Virus record (IMG/VR): IMGVR_UViG_3300006919_000001
Coordinates: 19,396 to 83,395 of that record
Length of the DNA stretch: 64,000 nt
Source: a virus
Direction: 5' to 3' (one strand)
Numbering within the stretch: the first letter of the stretch is position 1; each line of letters begins with the position of its first letter. A program made the translations under genes and the position numbers. Below, in pieces: positions 38,599-50,330 of the stretch. The notes under the pieces were generated by a model, which worked only from the letters and a program-made list of their open reading frames with translations, was not told where the DNA came from and ran no database searches.

Positions 38599-41500
38599 TT
38601 ATTTTAAATAGTCTCCATTGGTTAACATTTTCTCAAACGTTTCCAATCTAACCAGTAATCCTTTTTTATGAGAAGCGATTGCAACTCCAGAAGCTCTTTT
38701 TAATTTTGCAATCAAAGTTTCTAACTCAGCTTTTGGTAGTAATTCTTCTTTTTCTTTTTCCTCCTGAACCAAAGCAATCTCAGCCTCCTCAGCCTTCTTA
38801 CCAGAAATCTCTGCTAATTTATCTAATGCAGATTTGATTAGTTCATTTGCTTTTTTGCCGGGCTTCCAAACTCCCTCAATTCCCAAATCGGTAAACTTTG
38901 ATTTTAAATCTCCGTATTTTACTTTTGATAATGATTCGAATGTCTCTCCTTTTCCTTGTGTATTTTCCATAATTTGTTTTTGTTAAATTAAACCTTTTAA
39001 TTGTTTTTCTAGTTTTTTTGATGCTATTACATCCCGGATAATTGCAAGGTGCCCATACAATTCATATGGTTCAAATGCTTTTAGCATCTCCTCATTGTCT
39101 TCTGCAAATCCGGTTTCACACCAAGTCTTAAATTCATCTAGCGTTTTAAATTGCTGGATGAGGTTTGTTGGCTTGAGCAATTCTTCAAACATGGCATCCA
39201 TCTCTGTATGCCCATAATTTTTTCCCTCGAAGTGTTCGCCTCCGTTTTGGTTATCTTCGTTATACATATCCTCTGGTGTCATTTTGATTATTATTAATCG
39301 TTATCGTCGAAGTCGCTTGGGTCTCCGTATTTTGAATATAAAATATCTGAAACTATCAAAGATACTATCAAAATGATTATTAGTCTTACACAGTCCTCCA
39401 TAATGTTCTATTTTAAAGGCCGGCTTTTTACACCGGCTCTGTTAAACTTAACTTCTAAGCGCTTGGATTATTTCCTCCGCCATTATATTGGCTTGCTCTT
39501 CTTTTCTTTTCCTCGTGTCTCGGGTTAGTGTTTCTAGGTGGATTTCTGTTCCATCTATTTTAACAATTTTCTGTCCCGCCAATAAGGCTCCTACAACTTG
39601 CTCATGGTCTGTGTTTGGTAAAAATTTCATAACGGTATTTTTTATAGTTTTATAATTCATAATTTTATTAGTCAACAATTTTCATTCCTAATTTTTTCTC
39701 AGCCTCTTCTTTTGTAATGGTTGTCACAATATCAACCCACCCCGTTTCTGGAGAAAATACTATTACATTCTCACCATGGCCCATTGCCCAAACTCGATTA
39801 TAATTATCTACGTGCCAAAATTCAGAAATAGAAATAACTTTATCACCGTCTCCTCTTACTTGAGCTCCACCCGAATAACCCTTTTTATTAAATTGTATTT
39901 TTAATGCCTCATGTATTTCTTTCCCAGTCATTTCAATCAATTGCTGCGACCATCTAGTATTCGACCATGAACTTACGGCCCATTCTCCATCACTAATTTC
40001 AAAATGCTCATGTTGAACTGAACCTTCGAAAAAACCATCCTTGGTAATAGATTTAATTAGTATTTCATAATTAATACTAGTTTCTTCGTATCCATCTGGA
40101 AGTCTATACCATTTTCCAACTTCTAATTTAATTGGAAATAATCTTGGGAAAATGGCCTTAACTTCTGAAAGTTTTGGTACATAATTTTGCTCGTTTAAAT
40201 TTTTAATAAATTCTTTTTGTTCTGCGTTCATGATTTTAAAATTTGTGGGTCTATATTTATTTTTAAATAACCCGGTTTATAATTTTACTTCTTTTAATAA
40301 TCCTACTTGAGTCTGTGTTGCCTTGGTAAGTAAGTCAACTGCATTAGTATACTTCTCTACCAACTTCTCAACCTCTTTAAAGTTCTTAACTAATTCTCCC
40401 ATCATTATGGCTTTAGATACTGAGGCCACACAGGATAAATCAAAACTTCCCATTGAACCAGTATTGAGTTCTAATTTTGTACTTTCCTCTTTATTGAAAA
40501 AGTCTTCCCTGTAATACATATTGATATCAGACCCAAAAACTCTTTTACCATCCTTTTTTTCCACCAACAATTCTACTTGGTCTGAATAAACTACCGCTTT
40601 AAAATCTTCACTAAAATTTAATCCTATTACCCTAAGGCTTGATACAAATTCATCTGACATGAATTGGCGTGCATTTTTTAAAGTTGAATAAAGTGCTTTA
40701 ATTTGTTGAGCGTTTGAATTTTTCATAATATTTGATTTTAGTATTTGTTATTATTCGTTATCCAAATATACACCCACTTTATGGAATCCACACGCTTTTT
40801 TTAAAAGAATTTTTTTTTTTTTTATTAATGCTCAGTTAGCTAGGTTCGTATCAAAAAATTTTGTAACTTTGGTTCGATGTCTTTATTTTTCCCTTGTTTC
40901 CAGTTTAAACTTTTTAGACATTACTTCCCAAATTCCTTTTGGTGAAAGAAAATTGTCCGGAGTTCTCATAATGTTTGAATTTAAAGGGGGCCTTTCGACC
41001 CCTCTATTAATTATATCTTTGATAATCTCTCTTGTTCTTTTTTAAGGTCTTTCTCCAAGTAAGCTATTCTATTTACTATATGAGTAGACTCTTCCATTGC
41101 TCGGTCAATTGTTTTCTCATTGGTATCCACTATCCATTGTTTATAAACCTCGTATGAACCTTGAAATATTTCATCCCTATGGTCTTGTGGAAATTCACTC
41201 CAGTTATCATTTGTGATAAATCTGTTGGCATCATTCGCATTGATATACTCAATCCAATCTTCTCTAGTGAGTTTTGATAACATATCAGATTTCACATAGG
41301 CATTTTTAATATGCTTTTCCAACCTTGAAATATCATCCATCTTTCTCTGTTTCTTATTTTTCAAAGCAATCACTTTCTTAATCTCCTTAGCCAATACCAT
41401 ATTCCCTGTTTTAGGAAGGTTCGTTTTGGTTAGATATCTATAGTGGTCTCTCTGAATATACCCTCCAGCTATAATTGCTTCGGTTGAAAAACTATATCTC

Positions 41501-43682
41501 TTTCCACCTCTTTCAATTTCTCCAGTCATTTCAAAATTACCTTTTACTGAGGTACCAGCATTGAACCATAATAACATATCATCTTCATTGGTGTAGCTAA
41601 TAATGCTTTTGCATATATCATGTATCAATTGTAATTCAATACACTCTTTACCAAACTCGGTAACTGGCATTGCATTTTTTTCTGACTCCATCCATTTAAT
41701 AGTGCTTTCAATTTTTTTCTCAATCTGAGGCTTCATTGAATTTAACACGTTCTTTAACACTTGGTTTTTCGAAGACTCGATGTACTGGTTTGTAAATTTC
41801 ATAATATTTGGTTTTAAATTATATGTAAAGATACACCTTTTTTGAATACCTCACAACGTTTATTTCAATTATCTTTTAGTGATTTGATTCCATCTCTTTG
41901 AAGCTTCCTTTAGTGAGGTGAATCTTTGCATGCTAACAACCTTAATTTCATTAGTCACCTCGACATAGTATTGACTTGAATCATATGATACGATTCCAAA
42001 AGAACAACTGTTTGTTCCGTATGTGTTTTGGTAAGTGTGTTTTTGAGTTTTCATAATCTATATTTTTCTTATATGTAAAGATACATATAATTCTAATACG
42101 AACCTACAAATAAATTATTTTCTAAATTAATTCTCCAGAGTTAATTCTCCATCATAGACTATAAAAACGTCCTTTGCCCAAGACCTTGAAAACTCCCCAA
42201 TATGAAACGGGTCATCTTTCGACAGGTGAACCAGTGTGCCATCGAATAAATCATCCGCATGTTCTCCGCTGGTCAATATGATTTTACCATCTCCGGAACC
42301 AGACTCCATAATTACAAGCTGAGGTGTGTCCCAATTAATGGCTTGTACCTCATGTGGTGTTGCTTTACTTTTCATAATTATATTTTTTCAGCGTTAATTT
42401 TTACTACTAATCTTCTCACATACGTTGGATGGGAACCAATAGTTTTGGCAATCTCTTTTGGAATGGTATTACCTAAAGCTATTTGCTCTCTCACTTGGTC
42501 AATCCTACTTGGGACATCCTTTTTCATATGCACCGGCGTTGGAAGTTCTATTTCAACAACCTTAACTGGTACCGTTGAAAAATGCTTTTTAAACATAGCT
42601 GGCGTGGTTGTAATAACCGTTTCATCATCTACTGTAATAGTTGCCGCTCTTGTAGTAAGCTTCGTTAGAACGCCTAATACTGCTCCATTAAATTTCTTAC
42701 CATCGATTTGGTAAGGTGTGTTTACTGCAATAACTTGGTCTTGTAATTTCATAATATTTGATTTTAATTGTTTATTTTTACTTCTATTAATTTATAACCC
42801 TTGGCTTTCCCACCAAGCTTTTTCAATATCTCTAGGCCATCGCTCATAACCACTGTTGTGTTATCAACTCTTTTACCCCTCTTATATAGTTTAAATGTTC
42901 TCATAATATTTGGTTTGATAAAGATAATGAATAGTTCCTTACGAACCTACTATAATCCAATAAACTTTACATTAAATAATTCATCTGATAATCTATTGGC
43001 TTTTGCCATACTCAGTTTCGCAGTATCCTTGAGTTTCTGGCTGTAAGTATCATCATTAACCCTAATTGATATATTGTCCCTAAAGACCTCTCTACCCTTC
43101 GGAGACTTAGCCACAACTAATAAATACTGGATATTGTCAGCTCCCTCATTTACTCTTACTCCGTCATACTCTATTGTTACTAAACCTAATTTCATAATGT
43201 TTGATTTTAATGTTATTATTTCGTCTATCCAAAGATAAGTATAAATTCCTTATGAACCTACACTTATCTGAAAAACTTTTCTAAAGTTGAGGTATACCCT
43301 CAAATGATTTGGAGCTATGCTCCAACTAGAAATCCGATTTAATTAAATCCTGACATATAATAACCATCTCTTCCAACATTTGGCTGGTCAATACTGTATG
43401 ATTATCCACACTATCATCTAAGTGGCGTTTAAGTTGATTTGCAACCTTCCTCTTCTCAAACTCTACTTGGTCATATTCTACATGTTCCTCCTTGAGATAC
43501 ATCGTTAGAACGCCTCCATTGCAGTCATAGTATCCCGGGAACGATACGTAGAGGTATCCATTTTCCTCTGCTTCTTTACATACTATCTTTTGACCATCTA
43601 GGTTTTCAATAACCTCTTGTTCCATTTGCACATAGTCCGCTAACTCTAATGCAAATCCATTTGTTCTAAATACTCCTTTCAT
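38599..43682 (-). other. Cluster of small hypothetical early genes (38599, 38983, 39448, 39668, 40277, 41011, 41869, 42127, 42378, 42950, 43326)
   Basis: Co-oriented short ORFs with AAATATTATG-like leaders; many have their own consensus promoter (40763, 41826, 42076, 42919, 43230). Confidence 0.75.
40839..40871 (+). promoter_or_regulatory. Plus-strand (antisense) consensus promoter
   Basis: GCTAGGTT-N17-TAACTTTG with exact 33-bp spacing. Confidence 0.55.
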
Positions 43683-44447
43683 AATGTTTGATTTTTATAA
43701 TTGTTATTAATACTCTGGTGTGAATTCTTCTATCTTAGCCAACACCTCTGTCAACTCAGCTTCCATATTATTATTGTAAAAATGATTTCTTTGTGTTTGC
43801 AAGTAAGCTAATTCTGATAAATTTCTCATGGTGTATATATTTTTCGTTATCCAAAGATACAGAAAAGAATAACATGAACCTACTCTTTTCTGAAATCTTT
43901 TTAGAATTAATTGAGGGGAACCCTCAAAACTTTGAGACTGTGTCTCAACTAATTATTCTCCTTCAGATTTTCATACAAATCTATTACATCCACCTCCACA
44001 TAATCTCCATTGGATAGGTTTAACAAAGTCGTTCTGTCATCTCGGTTGTCCATACTCACTACATATACTTTCATAATCTATATTTATTTATATCTAAATA
44101 TACAAACAATTCTAATAAGAACCTACACTTTCTCTTGATATATTTTCAGGAAAGTTCTTTGTTTACTTGATTTTTTTTTTTTAAAAAAGTTCGGTGGAGT
44201 CCAGTCTTCCGGAGTTGGCGTTACTCCCGGCCCTTGTCACCTCTCGGTTTTTAGAAATCAGTTTTCTATTAAATCAGGCGGGTGCCTACATAGATTACTG
44301 CGCTGGTAATTATAATGGCTATTACCAGTAAGAAGACTACGTCTACTTTGTCCATTTTTTCATCGTCTTTCATAATGTTTGTTTTATAAAGGTTATTATT
44401 AATATATCTAAATATACAAATAATAACCTTTGCCTCCTACATAAATC

Positions 44448-44729
44448 TTAGTTATTTGCCCAAGTAATACATTTGAAGTTTGCATCACCAGCATCTAGAA
44501 CAATCGTGTATTCTAAATCCACGTGCATTAAATGTGGGGAACGGTCTGTGTAATGGTATGTAAATACAGCACTACCGCCTACGTAGGTTTTTGTGATATA
44601 GTCATCTCCATTCGGATTTGCACAATGAACCGTTGGCACATCGGCTTTTGTAATTACCGGTTCTGGAGAGCTCATTGAGATACTCACGATTCCAGCAAAG
44701 ATTGCCATTGTTAAAAATACTTTTTTCAT
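44448..44729 (-). CDS. Small secreted protein (probable start 44729)
   Basis: MKKVFLTMAIFAGIVSISMSS signal peptide; two Cys. Confidence 0.7.
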   Translation of the reverse strand: MKKVFLTMAIFAGIVSISMSSPEPVITKADVPTVHCANPNGDDYITKTYVGGSAVFTYHYTDRSPHLMHVDLEYTIVLDAGDANFKCITWANN

Positions 44730-44773
44730 ATAATATATATTGCGTCCCCTTTTGATTAGGCGGTGGACAATAC

Positions 44774-44950
44774 CTATTTTTTCAGTTGGAAATATATGGT
44801 TAATCCATTGTGGTGGGCCTCCACCTTGTTTAAGGCGCATAGCTCTCGCAATCCGGCGTGGACATCGTCTATGAACATATCCGCTTTTTTCGAAATGTAC
44901 GGTGCGCTACGCCCGGCTCCATCGCTTAATACTTCTAATATCTCTTCCAT
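44774..44950 (-). CDS. Small winged-helix-like protein (not in the ORF track)
   Basis: MEEILEVLSDGAGRSAPYISKKADMFIDDVHAGLRELCALNKVEAHHNGLTIYFQLKK. Confidence 0.5.
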   Translation of the reverse strand: MEEILEVLSDGAGRSAPYISKKADMFIDDVHAGLRELCALNKVEAHHNGLTIYFQLKK

Positions 44951-45040
44951 AATTATATCTTTTTCTTACATATGGTACACACACCATTTTTAGTTGAGGT
45001 CATGGCACAACACTTTTTACAAAATCTAAATTGAGCCATA

Positions 45041-45232
45041 TTACCTTATGTTAGGTCTTCCAACAAATTCGCCTTCATCATTATATTTCCAAGTCTCGGT
45101 AATGTGACAATCGTCACTGAACGCCTCCTTTATACCCATCCATTCATCGCGCGCCTCTTGTAAGGTCTTGTGACCATCTGATGAGTACTCATCGCCTTCG
45201 TTATCCTTGTAGTTAAAATCGTAAGTTGCCAT
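45041..45232 (-). CDS. Small acidic early protein
   Basis: 63 aa, D/E-rich, own promoter at 45261. Confidence 0.6.
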   Translation of the reverse strand: MATYDFNYKDNEGDEYSSDGHKTLQEARDEWMGIKEAFSDDCHITETWKYNDEGEFVGRPNIR

Positions 45233-45289
45233 AGTGTTTGTTTTATATTATTTCATTACATAAAGATACCTATAATAATTGGTTCCACT

Positions 45290-45894
45290 TACTTTTTTCT
45301 ATTAATATTTAAAGAAAAAGTTTTTTATAAAAGTCGAGGTTATATGAATTCTTTTACGTATCTTTATGTATGCCAATAGAGGCACAGAGCAAGCGAGCAA
45401 AGCTGAGACGTAGACGGCGCTGATCCCTATACCGAGATTTTTAAAACAGAGTGGTCCTTCCGCTCACTCTTTGTATGATTCGCTCCCGATGTATAAAGAT
45501 ACCATTAATAAATGGTTCCTCCTACACTTTTCTCATTTATTTTTAAATGACTACCACTCTGTTATTTTACTCATACTGCTTACTCTTACATTTTGACCCT
45601 CAGGTGAGGTCATGAAGTAAGTTCTTTCTGAGCAATGTGCTCCAACTTCTTGAAACTGTCTGTAACCGTGATTTTTATATCCTTGTAATTTTAATTCGTT
45701 TACTGTTGATGTCTGTGTTACTTTTTTCATGATATTTGGTTTTAATTATTTCTTCTATCCAAATATACCATATATATAGGTATGAACCTACACCTTTCTC
45801 ACATTTCTTTTTCGACACATGGATTTTTTTAGCTACTTTTTTCTATTAATATTTAAAGAAAAAGTTTTTTATAAAAGTCGAGGTTATGTGAATT
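45290..45894 (+). repeat. 61-bp direct repeat (45290-45350 and 45834-45894) overlapping plus-strand promoters
   Basis: TACTTTTTTCTATTAATATTTAAAGAAAAAGTTTTTTATAAAAGTCGAGGTTAT(A/G)TGAATT; 60/61 identical. Confidence 0.9.
45551..45730 (-). CDS. Small early protein (not in the ORF track)
   Basis: MKKVTQTSTVNELKLQGYK..., 59 aa; promoter at 45760-45792. Confidence 0.6.
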   Translation of the reverse strand: MKKVTQTSTVNELKLQGYKNHGYRQFQEVGAHCSERTYFMTSPEGQNVRVSSMSKITEW

Positions 45895-46070
45895 ATTTAT
45901 TGTATCTTTATATTATCATAAGAGCTACACTCCCAAGGGGAGAGGGAACCCTGTATTGAAATATTTGGATATAGGGTTCGGTGTGATTACTACCTGCCCC
46001 GGACCTCCTTCAATATAAAGATACCATTTATTCCTCACATATCCTACAAAAATCGGATTTATTTAAACAA

Positions 46071-46104
46071 GAAAAACCCCACAGATTTCTCCATGGGGTT
46101 TTTC
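46071..46104. terminator. Bidirectional terminator
   Basis: GAAAAACCCCA...TGGGGTTTTTC. Confidence 0.75.
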
Positions 46105-46112
46105 AATACTAT

Positions 46113-46640
46113 TTAATCAAACGGGTTTCCACCAGGATCTGGAGGTCCAGTTATTGCTGAAAAATCAGTTTCTGAAGATACCATTTCTTTAAACTCATCA
46201 TCGGAATTAAAAGCCGAGATTGTAAAGATAGCGGTTCCTTTCATACTTTGTGGAATATCCACATAAATTAAACCTTTCTTTTCAATAAACTTTTCTTCAT
46301 AAGTTGCATGAACTGCTCCGCTCTTATTTAAGATAATTACTTCAAGTACATAATAACAATACTTGTCCCAAGGCTGACGGTCAACATCTAGTTCTGCAAC
46401 TAGGTGTCCAGCCGAGGCTCTGGTTACACTAATAAGTGTCAAATCATAATTACCTTGTGAACCAGGGTATACCGCAGTACTCCATGGACCATAGTAACAA
46501 GAAGAGCCGGGATTATCCATAGTGCTACTTTTCGTAATCTCAGTTTCAAAAACCGATTGGTCATCCATCTGGATTGACTCATCTTTACTACAGCTGGACA
46601 TTCCAACCATAAGTACTAATAATAATAATACTTTTTTCAT
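46113..46640 (-). CDS. Lipoprotein (probable start 46640)
   Basis: MKKVLLLLVLMVGMSS-C lipobox followed by SKDE. Confidence 0.8.
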   Translation of the reverse strand: MKKVLLLLVLMVGMSSCSKDESIQMDDQSVFETEITKSSTMDNPGSSCYYGPWSTAVYPGSQGNYDLTLISVTRASAGHLVAELDVDRQPWDKYCYYVLEVIILNKSGAVHATYEEKFIEKKGLIYVDIPQSMKGTAIFTISAFNSDDEFKEMVSSETDFSAITGPPDPGGNPFD

Positions 46641-48185
46641 AAGCGTAATAGTATTTGCCTCGGGTTCGAGGACTTTATTATCCACCGGAATTATTTCCAA
46701 TGGTGTGATACAAATCAAAATGTCAAATAACTTATAAAAATGATGGTGCCAATGTACTTTTTCTATGGAAGGTTTGTTTCAACCGATTCACCATCATTGA
46801 GAAAATCCGCTGGTTCAGTTCCGGTTTTGACTCCGTTTCACACCTACCCTATTTCCTTACATAAAGATAATGAAAATATCCTTTGTAACCTACCTTTTTC
46901 TAAAAAACTTTTAAATAAATCTTTTTTACTAAATGTGTAGGTTGGTATTATAATTTTTTGTATCTTTGGTTATACGCAATAAGACGTGGGCTGGAGGGCA
47001 TATCAACTCCAGAAGAGTAGACCTGACTGAACCTCTGTTTGTAAAATCTGAGGTGTGCAATCAGTTGCCCCTTGAGGCATTGTATCAAATCCTTACATAA
47101 AGATACAAAAAAATCCTTTGAAACGCACATGTTTAGGCTAAAGATTTTGTCGAATTGTCATTTTGACAAAAATATGTAACTAGTTGATACTTAAATGCAA
47201 GCTATGTCTTTTTACCGGGGTTGATGCAAGCTTTTTTGCAAGAAAACGGCTTTCCACTGAGAATAGTGCAAAAGCACGGATTTGTTCATAAAGAAAAGTG
47301 TTAAAAAATTTGGATATAAAAGAAAAAAAGCGCGCCTGTTTGTTCCCCCACCTTTTTTTAAGTCCGTTGTTGTAAAACTTCTAATAACCAAAACATAGCG
47401 ATACAAGGGTTTTTTCCGTAACTATGTGGGGATGTGGCCCTTTACTCAAATCTGGTATAAGACCTCCTGTTTTTACAATCCTGTTCCTAAAATCCATACC
47501 TTGGAGTCCTTCCTACTGTATGGGTAAATATCATCCAGTTGTTAATGTTTCTGTCCGTTTGGTTGAATTTGATTCTATTTCTATTCTTTGTTTTTTTTTG
47601 TATAACTTGCTCTTTTTTATAGATTTTCTATTGTTCGTTTTCTTTTTTAGTGTTGACCTGCCGTTTTGTTCATTTTGGTATAAACGCGATATGCTCATTT
47701 CTAAGGCTATATCTCTTATGCATTCATATAACTATGACACTTTATCTTTAAACGCTGTTAAATCGATTGTATGGGAGCTTATATGCATCTCTTATAAAGA
47801 GTTTAATATAATTATTATATTTTTGCATATGGTATATACACTCTTGTATTACATCTTTGGCAATACAAATGGTGTGTTATTACACTATGGTCTACTTTCT
47901 TTTCTTCTGTACTATCTTTATATACTACTAGGTTACTTGCTTTGTGTTTACATTTGAATATCATAGCTTTATTATTCTACTGGTTGACTGTTTTGTAATT
48001 CCTCCAGCTCCTCCTTGGTCATATACTTTATGCTGAAGTAGTCTTCCTTCTCTTCTATTATTCCAATATGACTCAAGCCTCCTGACTTAGGGGTGTTCAT
48101 CATATAGTTTACCGTGTGTTTCATTATAAATAATCTCATATCTTTTTTATTTTAATTATTTTCGTTATACAAATATACTTCTTTT

Positions 48186-48737
48186 TTATTTCTTTAATAT
48201 CTTTTTGGTTACTGTATATCCTTCTACTGTTCTTATGATTGCCATATAGATTCCAGTGGATAGATTGTCCAGCATTACCTTATTCTTTCTTGTTGTTGTC
48301 CTAAAATCTTTTACTAGCTTTCCACTTAATGTGTAGACCTCGATTGATTGTATTCCATCTCCTTCTATGTAAACGTATCCTTCACTTGGAGTTGGCCATA
48401 GTTTGAAGTCTCTGTTTGCTATCGGAACCATTGGTACACTTAATACCTCTCCTCTTATCTCTAACCATGCTGAATCGCATCCAAGAATTATCTCTCCTTC
48501 ATTTAGTATTTCTCCTATTACAATTATATGTGCATTGAGAATCTCTAAGGTGAACCCGTTCATATCTAGATTACCCTGAATGGTTATCTCGAAGTCATCG
48601 GTTGAATCACATGCGTTTCCATATGTATAATTTGCTTGCATTACTTCTATTTGGTTGGCAACCTCTTCTCCATTCTGTCTTTGACTAAATGATAGTGTGG
48701 TGCTTACTAGTAATAGTATTGTAAGTAATCTCTTCAT
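48186..48737 (-). CDS. T9SS type A sorting domain-containing secreted protein
   Basis: Sec signal ending SFS-Q; C-terminal LWPTPSEG...IEVYTLSGKLV...LDNLSTGIYMAII...VTKKILKK. Confidence 0.88.
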   Translation of the reverse strand: MKRLLTILLLVSTTLSFSQRQNGEEVANQIEVMQANYTYGNACDSTDDFEITIQGNLDMNGFTLEILNAHIIVIGEILNEGEIILGCDSAWLEIRGEVLSVPMVPIANRDFKLWPTPSEGYVYIEGDGIQSIEVYTLSGKLVKDFRTTTRKNKVMLDNLSTGIYMAIIRTVEGYTVTKKILKK

Positions 48738-48755
48738 CTTTCTTTTATTTTTAGT

Positions 48756-50306
48756 TTACCAATTACTCATATCAATCTCTTCTATAAAAGTGATATATTC
48801 ATCCGGTATTAATTTGTGGGATTGTATTTCATATCCTCTATACTTAGTTCCTATTTCTAATCCAGTTAGTATCATTAAATCCACACTCACCATCAAATAA
48901 TATTCTCTACCATCTTGTAATACTTCTGTATTGGCTACTATAAGCTCATCTACCGCATCAAAGAAATCCTTTAATGTATTTATACGCCCGACTAATTTGG
49001 GTTCCTTAAAACCTCCTTTTAGTCTCATGTATCCTCTTGCCCTTATTATAGCTTCAATGTTTATATCTTTCTCCATGTCTATTTCTTTTTGTCTAAATAT
49101 ATGCAACATAGTGCACCAACTAACATTCCAACTAGGAATTCCCACCCTACCTTATCAAAGTAAGCTAAAAATCCAGTAAGTAATGCTATTAGAAATATAA
49201 GTCTTCCACCTCTTGGGCTCTCTTCGTATGTTGTCATAGTATGTCTTCTGATTTACAATATCTATCGCAATATGCCTGTGTTGCTGGTCTTCCGCAATTC
49301 TTACATTTGCCTACTTTATCCTCACCCTGAGGGTCTATTTCATCATAATAATTCATAGTTTTATTTTTAGTCTCTATCTATATTTGAAGGACTAGTTCTT
49401 TGAGTTTGGTTTCTAATGACTCTACCTTATGGATAAGCCTACTTAGTCTTAATGCTAATCTAAATTTAAATCGTTTCATAATTTTTTGTTTTATAATATT
49501 TTTACCAAACCTTCATTCCACATCTTGCCATCTCATTAGACCACTTAACTAAAATCTTTTCTTTTCTTTGGTAGAACAAAGGACTGAATCCATTTTCATA
49601 CCCAACCTCCAAACAAGTTTCAGAAGCGTTTTTTCTTAATTCTTTTAATTGAGCTTTAAATAAGGCAATGTTTGTCTCTGCCTCATCATCTAATAAATGT
49701 AACTCATTTTTTTTGTAACTCGTTTTTGCTAAAGTTTCAGTTCTCATAATATTTGTCTTTAAACTCTTAATAATTTAATATTCTTTTTAAGGGTTTTTAG
49801 CTCTTCTGCATAATATGCATTAACTATCTCATGGTGTCTAGGCCTTAAATCCTTTTCTTTAATCCTAAAATAAATAGCCATTGCCTCGGTTCTTGATTGT
49901 GCCTTGATATGTGCATGGCATGATAATAATTGGTCTAATAAAATAAAAGTTTTCATAATATTTGATTTTTAGTTGTTGTTATAATTTCTATACTCCAAAG
50001 ATACGGACACATATTTGATTCCACACGCTTTTTCTAAAAAACTTTTAAATTAAATAAAGACGGGGCTTTTAACCCCGCCTTAGATTTAACACGCTCCTTT
50101 CTTTTATCCTTCCTTCACTATGAATCAGAAGGCTTTCCTTTCGGGCCTTCTTCATCCTCTACTTCTGGTTGAATAATTTGTGCTGACTGCACCGCTTGTA
50201 TTAAGTTAGCTACCTCTATGTAAGGTCGCTTCCCTAAATATTCTAATACTGCATTTAATTTACTTACTTCAATCTTTGCAATCTCTTCTTTCTTTACTTT
50301 TGACAT
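48756..50306 (-). other. Small hypothetical genes (48756, 49502, 49759, 50118)
   Basis: Short co-oriented ORFs; promoter at 49996-50025. Confidence 0.6.
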
Positions 50307-50330
50307 AATTTAATTTAGTTTATTATTTAT

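Noticed and set aside
45290-45894. Direct repeats as a CRISPR mini-array
   Set aside because: Only two copies, 61 bp long and 544 bp apart, with a gene between them; they match promoter motifs; no cas genes.
47424-47957. 177-aa hydrophobic plus-strand ORF
   Set aside because: The F/L/Y-rich translation is explained by the T-rich strand skew; wrong strand and no typical leader.
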